A program made the translations under genes and the position numbers. 64,000 bases of DNA. Source: the human T2T-CHM13v2.0 reference genome, Homo sapiens. Below are positions 49,870 to 63,149 of the stretch, piece after piece. The DNA is taken from NCBI RefSeq assembly GCF_009914755.1, contig NC_060931.1. One strand, 5' to 3'. The notes under the pieces are model-generated. The model worked only from the letters and a program-made list of their open reading frames with translations. It was not told the DNA's origin and ran no database searches. Every line of letters starts with the position of its first letter. Within the stretch, counting starts at the first letter, position 1.

Positions 49870-50508
49870 CATTTCTTCATTGCCAGTGGATTCCTGTTCT
49901 ATCCATAGAGGGCGCTAGAGAGAGACGAGAAGGCACAGGGGTTGGGGCGGTGGGGTGGGGAGTCGCGGGAGAAGGGGCTGGACCCAGCAAGAGAACCTGC
50001 TGCTCCTGTTGAATCTCTGCAGCGTTTCAGCCCGGTGGCGGTAGCATGTTGTCTCTACCTGCAGACTCTAAAGCAGTGTAGGCTCTAGTCTCTAGCTCAT
50101 GTCCACACCAACAAAAGCACAATGAGCTCCCTGCTAAGCAATCTGGGACAGGCCACGGTGATGCACCCTCCTCAGAGGTCTGAGTTCCTGGGCTATAGAC
50201 TAGTCTTGAATTCCCCAGTTACCAGAGGCAGCCAGGAAGTATCACTTCCACAAAAGTCCAAGGGCTAGGTTTGCTAGGCAACCCCTCACCTCAGAATTTC
50301 ATCCTAGCTCCAAGGAATCCTTTCCTCAGGGCTTCTAGGTGGTGATTACTGCCATCTAAGGGCAGCACATGTTTCCTTGAGTCTATCTACATCACCTGTC
50401 TTCTCTTTTTGCTTTTTCAATCCTTTGAAACAGCTTAACCAATTACACTGTTTTACATTGGGTAATACAGTGAAATCTCTGTTTTCTTGACTGGAGGGAG
50501 ATTGATAC
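49870..50508 (+). mobile_element. ERVL-class solo LTR (LTR41-like) carrying CTCF-like motifs
   Basis: atagagggcgctagagagagac near the 5' end and ttcttgactgg...tgataca terminus. Confidence 0.6.
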
Positions 50509-50992
50509 AACAGGTATTAATGTAAGTATGCATCTCTAAAAAGCTACCCATAATGAGAGAATCACCATCTCTACGGTGACACAAATTTACAGTATCTAAA
50601 AGAAAAATCAAATCTCTGTTCTGAGCTTACAAATCTAAACATGTGAAAGTATATTGGCAATTAGCAAAATAGATATTAAATATTATACCTTTTTAGATAT
50701 AGTTGCTTTGTGACCACATTTTCAAATACTCAGCAATCTATACGTATCTAGTTATTTAACAAGAGCAGTTTTCCAAATTTGATGGAAATATGTCTTCAAA
50801 TTATTACCTATACACAGAATTCTAAAGCAAGTGATAGATAAGGATAAATTATATTTTCTCTAATTAGCTATAATTTTACTGGAAACATTTTAAATGAGTC
50901 ACACAATCTTATTGTAAAAGTGTAAACCCTGTAACAAAACAATTTTTATGCAAATCATCATTCATCTTTTATGATAACTAGATATTTATTTA

Positions 50993-51385
<393 letters not shown>

Positions 51386-52279
51386 TTACCTGTGATGGCA
51401 TAGCAGGAAGAGGAAGAAGTTTCTAGTTAGATATTTCTATTTCCACAGTATCTGTAATGCCTTGAAAAATGTACTGTTTGAAACTTAGTTTGCTCCTCTC
51501 TAAACTGGGAATAATAATCCCACCCCACATAGTTGTTGCAGTGATTAAATCAGGCGATCACTGTGAACAAGCCAATACAGAGTCATATAAACACAGCAGG
51601 CACTCAGAGAGAAAGGAATTTTCCATATTTTTTGCTTGTCACTAATGGTGATTATCGCTTTTGACAATGTAAAAAGAGGTTAACCTTAATGTTTCAACTA
51701 AATGCCAAGCTCTATTGATAAACCTAAAACTTCATAGGCAGACTTTCCAAAGAAACATATTTTAAGATCTTACTCTCTGATACTCATTGCAGAACTATAT
51801 AAATGATTAGACATTTATTTGGAGAGAATTGTGGTGGTGTTAAGGTTCTCCATGCCCATTAGCGGAAATGGTGATGGAAGACAACTTCCAACCTCAAGCT
51901 TAATGAGAGCGTTTCACAGGAGCCATAGTGAAGAGCTTGGTTTCTCCTTGCAGATGAAGGCAGTGCACCAGGATTTGACTCTGCCTAGGAAATTGAGGAC
52001 AAGCACATGGGTGCTTTGGGGACAAAGGCAAGAAAATGGTACTATTTTAAGTTGGCCAAAACTCCTCGTTTTGGACTGCAGGAACAATGGTGCATGAGTA
52101 TTTTCTGGGAAACAGATGTAGACCACATGGAGGAGAAGGCCAGTGGAGTGGTCTTGGGTTCTATCCAGTAGGGCATTTGAAAGGACTAGAAGACCTACAG
52201 AGAAGAGGCTGGAATAAAGCCACATATGTCCAGATCAAGAGAGTGCAAGGGATGGGCTTTATAGGTAGCCCTTGAAGGC

Positions 52280-52315
<36 letters not shown>

Positions 52316-52814
52316 AGTTTAATGTGCTGAGATGCAAGAGGAAATTTGGCTGGCTGATGCTCTTAGTTTTGTTCACATTGCTGGCAGGTAAGAATAAAAT
52401 TAACTTTGGAATAGAAAGTTTGTTTTTCCTATGTAATAATACTGGGGGAAAGACATGGAGATTGACCGAATTTATTATTGTATTATTTGGGACAAACCTA
52501 ATATTAAATGTGACATTCAGGAATATCATTAGACATAGTAAATTTTTATAGATTTGATCATGTGCCAATTAAGTTTACATACGATGTTTGCTTTTTACCT
52601 AATAGAATCTCAGGCAATAAAACCAAACACTTTATTTATCAATAGTCCCAAGATTCTGCCTATACCTTAATCTAACTTTTTTATTTAGTTTCACTTTGCT
52701 TATTGATTCTCACAAGGACACTTCAGATATTTATTTTGCTGGCAGTAAAAAGACTTCATTTTCTTCTATATTTCATAAATTACTACCACCACCATAGAAT
52801 ATTGTCAATTCTAG

Positions 52815-52905
52815 CCCGGGAGGTGGAGGTTGCAGTCAGCTGAGATTGTGCCACTACACTCCGGCCTGGCGATAGAGTGAGACTCCGTCTCAAAAAAAAA
52901 AAAAA
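52815..52905 (+). mobile_element. Severely 5'-truncated Alu (3' about 76 nt plus A tail)
   Basis: Perfect 19-bp TSD agaatattgtcaattctag at 52796-52814 and 52906-52924. Confidence 0.93.
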
Positions 52906-53384
52906 AGAATATTGTCAATTCTAGTAGTAGAGTGAACTATATAACTAAAAACTCTGAGTAATATAAAAAATGTGAAGAATAGCCTCAGGTAGGAGAAGTA
53001 CTTCCAAAAAAGCAATTTGCTACAATGAATTCAGCCAACACTTAAAAACATGGCGATTAGGCCAACAGTCAGACATGGGATCCAAATAGTTTCCTTGAAA
53101 AGGAACACCTACTCTTACTAAGAGAGCTCCTTAGAGATGACCTATTAAAGAGAAGTATTCCACATTCATTTGGGTGAGTGACCAAAATTGATAGCTAATC
53201 TTCAACATGTATGAAGGCCCATGAGGAACCAGGAGTTGATTTTATTGCAAAGTTGCAGGAAGTCTGTGGGATGAAAATATTCACAAGCATTGTGGTTAGA
53301 AGCAAAGTTACTTATGGTAGCGCTTCCTTCTGTTCCTAGGTCTTCCATAATCAGTATTTTGTTTAGCAACATAACAGATGATAA

Positions 53385-53590
53385 GGGGCATGGTCTTTGA
53401 AGTCAGACTACCTGGATCAACTCTTGAATCCAACACAAGCTGTGTCACTGTGGACAATTTAAGCTCTCTGTGCCTCAATTTCTTCATCTATAAAATTAGA
53501 ATAATAGCACCTACTTCTTGATTTGTTAGGAGGAACATATTATTTACTATTTTTAAAGCATCTGAATGACATCTGGCACATAGTAAACAT
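53385..53590 (+). mobile_element. MIR
   Basis: ctttgaagtcagac...ctctgtgcctcaatttcttcatctataaaat...tctggcacatagtaa. Confidence 0.75.
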
Positions 53591-54158
53591 TGTATGTAAT
53601 TAAATAAATTTTTGTGTAAAGAATATCCATTTTAAAAATTCATAATTTGAAACAATATTTGAAGAAGAAGCCTCAAAGCCACATTACTTCACATGTTTTC
53701 ATATGCATTTAACAAACCATGCATGGTTCATTGTTGTCCTTGTTGCTGCTTTAAAAGCTGGTAATAAAATGTGAACTTCCAGAAGTAGTAAAGGACTAGA
53801 AATTGGTGAAAGTTTTTCTCTGGATCTGCTTTTGGACCATAATTATACCTTAAAACAGCTCTTTCAAGCCAAGACTTTAACTTGGTAACATAACAAACAA
53901 ACAAAACAAACAAAAACAAAGAGTTCAGAATAAAGCAATTGTGTTTCAAATTCTAATACTTCCACTCACCACCTAACTGATAAGGGGCAAAGAATTTATC
54001 TGCTCTTTTGAAGGAAAAATATGCCAAGTCCCAAGTGTATGCTCTTTACAGAGCCTTTCAGAACCCATGTCGATGCTCATTAAAATCGCTGCCTGTAATT
54101 TAACGATGAAAGCCAGAAAAATAACCAACCAAAAGGAAAAATGAACTTTAATATCTAA

Positions 54159-54616
54159 CGATAGAGGCAGGACACAGACAAATGTCTAGGCAGGTAAGGG
54201 AAGGTCCCCGGAGAACCTCCAACCTGCCCAGGTCACTGTGCACAGGAGGCCTGTCTAAACACGCCCATGGTGAAAAATTCTGTCCCATAACACATGCTCA
54301 GTAAGGGAAATAAATCAGTGTGGGGTGGCTCAGACTAAGGGCTCACATGTGCACTGGAAAAATGGGGTGGAGCTACCAGAAATTCATGCTCTATGCAGGG
54401 GAGAATCTTGGCCTCTTCAGCTCATGTGTGGTGGCCTGGTATTCAATTTGTGAGGTGGAAACCCGAATGCAGGACCCTCTCTTTGTTGAGAGCTTTCCTT
54501 TCTCTTAATAACTTCCACCCTCTTTACCCTTCAATGTGTCCGCATGTTTAATTTTTCCTGATCATGAGACAAGCACCCAGATTTAGCTGAATTAAGAAGC
54601 AAAAATTCCTGCATCA
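54159..54616 (+). repeat. 5' LTR
   Basis: Roughly 80-85% identical by eye to 60421-60875. Confidence 0.9.
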
Positions 54617-54618
54617 TT

Positions 54619-54636
54619 TGATGGCCTATATGGGGA
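54619..54636 (+). other. Degenerate primer-binding site, tRNA-Ile(AAT)-like
   Basis: tgatggcctatatgggga vs TGGTGGCCCGTACGGGGA (complement of the recalled tRNA-Ile 3' end): 14/18, mismatches mostly CpG decay. Confidence 0.65.
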
Positions 54637-57600
54637 TATGAGGAAGAGCGAGTAAAATGCGAACCCAAGAATCTCTTTCACTTTCGTTTCTGGGCCTTCC
54701 AGTCCTCAGACTTTTTCTGAAGGCAGAGGAAACTGCACCCCTTGCGTCACTCTTGGGTTTGGGAATGTCGGCCTCAGTCCAACCCAGTCTTTGCTATGGC
54801 ATTTTTCTTCTTTTTTTTCCCAGGACTGTAATGGCACCTATCTTTTCTTTTACAATATCAGGAGTGTTCCACCCCAACCCCAACTGCTGCCACATAGGAT
54901 AGATGCGGAAGTGGTGGCTCCCTGCCCTCCCCCACGTTCCCGCCGTGCTGGGGCACATGGCCGTGTGTCTGCGTGTCTGCTGTATGTACTTTCGGCATCC
55001 AACAGCCATGCAGGGCGGGACTGAGCCGCAGCTGCTGCCCAGGCCCCAGGGCAATCTTGGGGGCTAGAGGCCCCGTGCAGACAGCTGGCCAGCGTTCCCC
55101 GCCATGCATCCATACAGTCTTCCCCTCCCTTGGCCAAGGAGTCCAGCTCAGTGGGACAACAATTAAGTTTCTCTCTGTTTGCATAAGAACAAGAGGTTTC
55201 TTCCCCAGGCATTTCCCTGCCCTACGCTTAAGCCTTTTTTTTTTTTTTTCTCCACAAGGTCAGGAGTTGATGGATTGGTGTGAAGGTAGTTACAGTTTTT
55301 GCTATTACCTAGATTGGCAGGGACCACAGTTGATTTTGCACCAACCTAGTAACACAGCCCTGTGAGTACAGGGGGCTTCTCAATGCCAGAGGATTTTTCT
55401 TGAAAAGTGTTTTATTAGGCCAGGACTCCAATTCACAGGACACCCTTTTCTCTCCCTTGTTTGAGAGGACCCAATTTTAGAGCTTCACCTTAGCATTTGG
55501 CTTATGACAAGGAGGCAATTCTTTTGTCCCAAACTCAATTCCAAGCTTTGGGTTGAAGCCCTAGGAAAGAAAACTGGATCTTAGGGATCCAGAGGCAGAC
55601 AACAATGGAAGTTAAAAGGCAAACACCACAGATGAGCATGACTAATTCCTGCTGATTAAGCCAAGCCTCCCATATCATGGATAGAGGTCATACTAGTATC
55701 CATGGCATAAATTAGGTGTAGGGAACTCAAAGGCTACTTATAGCAGGGGGAAAGGCAGTGAGTGCACGGGGAAGTGCGGATAATCCCACCCCCTAGGCCC
55801 AACTGTTAACATGAGTGAAAGCTGCATTGACACCCATGGGTGGCACCCTGTTGTGGTCACCAGGCCTCAGGGATATAAGGATAAAAGAAGGAAAGAGGAA
55901 GCTTTTTCCTTCTCTCTCTCATGTACCCTGGGCATTCGATAGGAAGAGAAAGGAACCAGGGATGCCTTGCTCCTCTTTCTAGATGAGTAGCCATTCGTCT
56001 TCAGTCTGTGCACCTTACAGATGCATTCTGAGCTGGGGGGCTCCTTTGAAAAAAATGCCTTCTTTGTCCCCCTTGGTCCTCTCTTCACAGATGGTTAATC
56101 GTGTCTCCATACTACAGGACACTCCTCTCGGATGCATCCTTCAAACTGTGAAAAGTTTATTTCTCAACCCTTAAACTGGTTGGCTTAGAATTGAGCTCAG
56201 GGGAGGGGAACCCAGAAGGCTGACATGCTGGCAAAGAGATAAAATATTTTTTAACAGTCAGACTTTTGGCCTCCCTCTCCCTGTGCAAACCAGTAAAAGG
56301 AATGGTAGGGATATATTCTCCGTAAAGTTTTGATTAATCAAAAAGTATTTATGAGGTTGGTCTCAAGCTGTAGCCAATCTGTTGTGCTCTGCATGTCTTT
56401 CTATATGGTTCTGTCAGAAAGAGGAGTACCTTAGGATGGGATAAGGACCTAGGACCCCATAGCCCACTATTCAAGTCAGCCTGGCAAACTGCCTAGTATG
56501 TTGTTTTTGTCTCCGCTATTTTACGGTGGCAGCCTGGGATCAATCCTGGCTTAGGGAATGAGTAGTTTCTGGCAAATACCTGTGTGACTTCTACCATTTG
56601 CTGATTCTCTCCTGCTCCATGAACAGCTTCTAGCTTTCTTTTGTGAATCTTCCTTTCTCTGAGCTACACTTAGACGTTCTAGTTTTTGTAAAAACTGCTT
56701 ACCACCCCTTTGAAAATACCTTGTATACTCGCAGTTAAATCATAACTTTTTGGGGCTTGTTGGTTTCACCTGTAAGGTTACTGTTGGTAAAGTTCAAAAG
56801 CCAGAAATATGAGTCATCTGGCATGGCTAAAGTTGGGTAGCTAGGGATTTAAAAGGATTTTCTTAAAGAACGCTCAAGTTAATTAAAAGTGGATATCCAA
56901 GCTATAGGTATATTTAAAAGACCTTTATGTTTTTTTCTTCATGGATCTTGTTTTTCTGAGAAAGGTTTTTTCCCCAGTCAACTGAATTGTCTTCCTCCAT
57001 TTTATCTTGCCACTCTTAATGAACTCATGAGAGACCCTAAGATAATTTCTGATGAACAGAGACTACTTGGGAAAAATGGAAAAGATATAATGTATTCCAT
57101 TTTTGGAGAAACCTCTGTTTTCCTCATGGAACCCCAGTAATTAGAGGCAGATAGATCCCTTTCAAAATCTGTTTTTGTCTTCCACCTGTATCTGCTTATT
57201 AGGTACTGTTACCTCTGTTTCTTGAAGGGCTCCACCCTCAGGCCAATTATCCAATTAGGAGATTGGCAAATGAAAAATCTTACAACTACTGGATCTTCTT
57301 CTGTCTGTCTATGTAGTTATATATGTGATTTTTATATAAAAGCACTCTAATTAATTGGCCTAAAGAAAAATAAGCATTAGATCAAATATTTTTTCAAGGA
57401 AAATACAAGCTGTAGTAACTTTTAGTTCATGTAGCTTTAATCTTTGAGAAATAAAAAGTCTTAAAGATTATTGGTAAAATTCAAATGTCATTAAAATTTA
57501 AATAGGTGGTCTACATTATGGAAGTCAGATACTAGGTTCGCTAAATGTTTTAAGGTTGTAAACTGCTTCTTTGGCCTTAGAGAACTGTTCAACTTGCCTG

Positions 57601-60420
57601 CTTTACAACTTGGTAAGGCCTGAGGACATACTGAATTAACCAAGCCCTTGAACAGGCTAGAAGGAATCAAACTTTATTGGTGCCTAGTACATAATTAAAA
57701 CAACTTATCAGATTTTACATTAAAGTTTAAAATTGCTAAGAGTTACCATTATAACATGTAATTGAGACCACCACTGAAAATAGATTGACATGCAAGGTGT
57801 GTAAGAAGAGTAAAATGTGTTTTCAGGAAAAGATTGTAAGAAGGCATGGAAATCCAAGTAACTTTTTGCCTAGGGTTAAAGGATTGTTTTAAATTAGATA
57901 AGGTCAAGCTAAAGGTTTAAATAGTTGTGGAAGGTTTCTAAATTTAATATTGCAAAAGAAATCCTGTGTATGAACATTGACTAAACTCAAAGGATATTAT
58001 ATGTTTTTTTCTGTAAACTGAGCAATGAAATAAAAGCACAACAAGGTTTTCTTAAGGTACTAATCTGTTCTTTAGCAAAATGTGTAAAGGGTTATAAAAG
58101 GTTTTTAAGAATCTTACCTCATGGTCCAACTGGCTTAGATTGGATAGAATTGTCTATAAGGTTTCATTAGAAAATTGGGATTAATAGTAAACTAATGTAA
58201 GGGTAAAATTTAGCTCTCTCTCTCCCTTGTTGAAGATTTCTATGTAATATTAATGAATAATGAAAGATTTTCATGTGCCTTGTAAATAGACTGCCAAGGA
58301 AAAGAAAGAGAAGACAGGAGACAAACTGTTTGGAAAGCTAAGTCCTTCCTCTTGATGAGTAAAGGTTTTCCCTATTTTAAAATTTTTGAGTCATCATTTT
58401 AACAAAATAACCAACTGGGATTGTATTTCAAATTATCAAGTGTTTTAAACCTCTAACATTTAACAGGCTTCCCCAAATCAAATTTCAGCTTCAAGGTTGT
58501 CTTTCCTGACCCCTAGCTTTTGGATGCTACAGAGGGTCCCTAGAGCATCTAGAAGAAGAGAGGTAAACAGAATAATTTAACATGGTTAGGTACATGGGAT
58601 CTCCAAAATGATGTTTAATTTTCTTCAGGTTATATTTTAGTGAATAATGCTAACATATGTTCCAGAATTTTATGGGATTTCTAAAATTCTAATGTTTGAG
58701 TGTATGCTATCAATCACAATTAAGGTTGTTATATTAAGTTATTGTAAGCCACAGAGATAACCACATTTTGTCAATCACATTTCTGACTGTAACTACCCTG
58801 GTCATTTTGTTATTCATAAACAATTGTCTTCTTTTGATCCCCTTCAAAAGATGGTTAATAATCAGCTATAAAAGTTTGATGGGTGTTCTCCAATACAAGT
58901 TTCTGATAACTTTGGAGACTCTAACACTGGACTAAAGGGAAAACGTACAGGACTCATGAAAGAGCTGAAACATTCACGAATATCAAGCAGAGCATGAGTT
59001 AACTGAATGGACTGAACTAATAGAAAACTGAAGTAATCTTTTTTTAAAACCTTTTGCTTGAAACATTGCTGGTCCTTGTTTTGTTATTCAGAGTCAAGAA
59101 AACTTTTATTTTGAGCTATTTACAGTCTTTAATAATTGGGTAAGCTATACTCATGTGAACAAAATTTGGAGCATACTTCTTTCTCTTTGCCTGGTTCTTC
59201 TAGAATTTGGAAACTATCTGTGAGTATTCTTAACTTATGGCAATATGGTTATTTGCATCAGTGCAATAGGAATTCATTTTCTCTGGCAACAGTACACAGT
59301 TGGAGAGATTGGTTGTTTTACCAAGGCTTTGACTGGAGAGGTGTACTTCCTTTTAAGGAATCAAGCTTGAGTTGCAGAGTCAATAAAAGCCCCTTGGGAA
59401 AACTGGCCTCATACCTTGTCTACACAGTCCTCATACAGGGTTCCTAATCTGTAATGAGTAAAGAATGTCACTTTCTAATGGGCCCAGGAACTCTATATTC
59501 TAGGAACCTCAAGAAGAGAGGAATTCACCCAATTCATAGGTATTTGAGGGTGCTAACCCATGGCTGGGCTGGGCTTTCCAAAGTCCTATCTGAGATTCCT
59601 TATGGAACAGAATTCCATCAAAAGCAATTTTAAAAGTGTATGTAAGAATAATTATTCTTGCTGCACTTTATGCAAACTGTCAGGCCAAGTATAAGACTGA
59701 AGTCTATTTTGCAAACAACTCAGTCCTATCATGAATTGTTTTTAACAAAAATGAGGACTGGGGAGATAAAAATTATGTTTCAAAACTTACCACACATTTG
59801 TCATTAAATTCTAGTCTCATTAGTTGTTTTGAATTTTTTTTTGCCTACATTTTACATTAACCCTCTTATTCCTGTGAACCAACCAGCAATTTCTGGCTAC
59901 AACTCAGAAGAAACAAAAGGCATGGGTAATGTAATAATCTGGATCAATATTTTAATTCTGAGCAGTTATCCTGCAAATCCTGACATCTGATAGGAGTAAA
60001 TAGGGTGCCCATAACCCAGAGGTTCCTCTGGGAAAATAAGACCAAAGGAGCAAACCAAAGCCAAGCCCCATGCAACCAATCTTAGCAGGCATAATTATAG
60101 CCACCAGTTATCTGGGCATGCTGACAGCCTTGGGATTTTTCAGCTGCCCTTACCCATCCCTCTTTGTTTGGTTTTAATATATGTCTTCTAATAACTCCGT
60201 TTGTCTCTTCTCACCTTCAGGCCATCAAACTCCAAGCGATCATGCAACCAGAGTCTCAAACAATGGCCCCTTTTAACAGAGACCCTTAAATAGGCTTTCG
60301 AGAGAGTTATGACTGCCATATTTCCAAAACAGTGCCCCCTAAGAGCAGGAAGCAGTTAAGATCAGTCTTCGTCCCTATTCTAACTGCAGTACCTCTTGTG
60401 TACCACTTTAGAGGGAAGAA

Positions 60421-60875
60421 TAATAGAAGTAGGAGGCAAATGCCTAGGCAGATAAAGGAGGGTCCACAGAGAACCTCTGACCCACTCAGGTTATTGAGCA
60501 CAGGGGGGCTTGCCTAAGCATGGTCACAGAGAAAAATTCTGTCCCTTAACACATGCTCAGTAGGGAAATAAATCAATGTGTAGTGGCTCAGACTAAGGGC
60601 CCACATGTGCACTGGAATGATTAGGCAGAGCCACCAAAAATTTGTGCTTTATGCAGGGGAGGAGCCTGACCTCTTCAGCTCATGTGTGGTGGCCTGGTAT
60701 TCAATTTGTGAGGTGAAAACCTGTGTGCAGGACCCCTCTCTTTTCTGAGCACTTTCCTTTCACTTAATAAATTCTGCCCTCCTCAGCCTTCAATGTGTCC
60801 GCATGCTTAATTTTTCCTGGTCATGAGACAAGAACCTGGATTTAGCTGAACTAAGGAGCAAAAATTCCTGCATCA
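60421..60875 (+). repeat. 3' LTR
   Basis: Follows the PPT; intact AATAAA at 60766-60771. Confidence 0.9.
60506..60525. promoter_or_regulatory. Candidate p53 response element in the 3' LTR
   Basis: GGGCTTGCCT AAGCATGGTC: 19/20 match to RRRCWWGYYY x2, zero spacer. Confidence 0.7.
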
Positions 60876-61061
60876 CTGGCATTTCTCCTAATAAGCAACA
60901 CATTTCTTCTTGACTCTTCTTTTTTCAGCATGCAGGAAAACTTTCTGAAATTTCTAAAGTATAGTTCTCTCTGGCTCAGCAAGCAAAATACTGTTTTATT
61001 TTCTGACAGCTCTAAGCCTTAATTCCCTCTATATAAAGTGGTATATGAAATCATTCATTCA

Positions 61062-61347
<286 letters not shown>

Positions 61348-61495
61348 TCATTCAGAGTTGTCCCAATATGATAAAAATTGATGTAAAGCACTTAGCATAC
61401 ACTTGGGCACATAATATATAAAATAAATAAAAGGATTAGGTTAAAGGAAGAACTGTCCTCAGCTTAGATACATTTTTAAGTTACTTTAATTTGCC

Positions 61496-61795
61496 TTTTT
61501 TTATTTTTTTGAGACAAAGTCTTGCTCTTCCCCACCCCATGCTGGAGTGCAATGGCGTGATCTTGGCTCACTGCAACTTCCGCCTCCTGGGTTCAAGCAA
61601 TTCTACTGCCTCAGCCTCCTGAATAGTTGGGATCATAGGTGCTCACAACCACGCCCAGCTAATTTTTGTATTTTTAGTAGAGACAGGGTTTCACCATGTG
61701 GGCCAGGCTGGTCATGAACTCCTAACCTCAGGTGATCCATCTGCCTCGGCCTCCCAAAATACTGGGATTACAGGTGTGAGCCACCATGCCCAGCC
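61496..61795 (-). mobile_element. AluSx-like
   Basis: Dimer; TSD aatttgcctttt. Confidence 0.9.
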
Positions 61796-62155
61796 AATTT
61801 GCCTTTTTATTGGTACAGAAAACTGTAAAATTCATTGCATCTTTCTGAATAAAAACTTCAGGTTTTGTGTGTCTCAAACACTTTGCTATAACATTTCTGT
61901 GTCAGATAACAGAGACAAATAACAACTTTTATAAGGCAATAATTCTAAAAAAAAATCTTCCTTTGAAAAATAAAAGCCTATTACAGATATAAGAATGGAG
62001 TAAAAATTTCCTCAATTCTTAAATTATTTCTACAGGATGACATCACATTATTTATTGCTGAAGTGTTACTGACAATGTAAGCTTCTTTCTCAAACTTCTT
62101 CACTGTGTTCTTTGGAGCAAAATTAATTTATCTCACATTTTCTGGCATTAGATAG

Positions 62156-62377
<222 letters not shown>

Positions 62378-62766
62378 TAACTCAGAGTTTTCAATTCATT
62401 GAGAAATGTTTCTTCAATGTGTTTCCTGGTTAACCCGTCCCTTTTCTTCTCTTGTTAGTAAAATCTTTTCAAATATCTCCTAAAATTCTATGTTGTCCAC
62501 ATTATTAGACATTTCTGATAAATGGATGATATCTTCATCTGTGCATTTTCCTTAGAGCATGACTTACAAGAAAATTTCCAAATTTAGGCATCAGAGTTTC
62601 TATTGCTGTCATGTAACAGCATTAGAATTGCTTTTTGAAGACTGTGACCTTTAAATAGAATGAGATCATTTATATGCATATCAATGAAGCCATTAATGAT
62701 AAAAATTGGGTCAGACTTAACTGAATGACTATTCAAAAATTGAATTGCTGTGGGCTCAAACACATC

Positions 62767-62776
62767 CACGCACGCG

Positions 62777-62818
<42 letters not shown>
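62767..62818. repeat. (CG)6(CA)17 alternating purine-pyrimidine tract
   Basis: Direct reading. Confidence 0.95.
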
Positions 62819-62820
<2 letters not shown>

Positions 62821-63149
62821 TGTTCAAAATTTTAAAAACTGCTTTTTCATTTTTTTCCTTAAGGAACAGCCACAGACTATTTAGGGAGATAACAGAGAAT
62901 TTGTAAAGAAGACTGACTGAGGGAGCTGCTCAGATGTCGCTGCCAAATTGGCACAGATTCAAGGCACATTTCTATATGCCTTTCATTATTATTTCTGACC
63001 ATCTGGATCCTTTGTTTTTAAATCCCTGTTAATACTAAAGAGAAGACACTAGTATTCATCCATGCAGATTCAAAGTGAATGAAAATAAATGTCATCACTC
63101 TATCCTTAATTTCTTTTGGTAGTTTTGGGTTGTAGATTTTCTCATATTC

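Larger units (their letters stand above)
54159..60875 (+). mobile_element. ERV1-class provirus with two LTRs (MER61-type LTRs, non-coding MER4-group internal region); antisense to DGKB
   Basis: Direct repeats 54159-54616 and 60421-60875 both end gcaaaaattcctgcatca; PBS follows the 5' LTR; PPT agagggaagaa at 60410-60420; no long gag/pol/env ORF. Confidence 0.9.

Noticed and set aside
52283-52311. Isolated T-tract of about 29 nt as a possible retrocopy tail
   Set aside because: No adjacent SINE, LINE or mRNA body or TSD recognised; treated as a simple homopolymer.
54657-55365. Cluster of overlapping ORFs on both strands
   Set aside because: GC-richer ERV leader region with few stops; no retroviral protein motifs.
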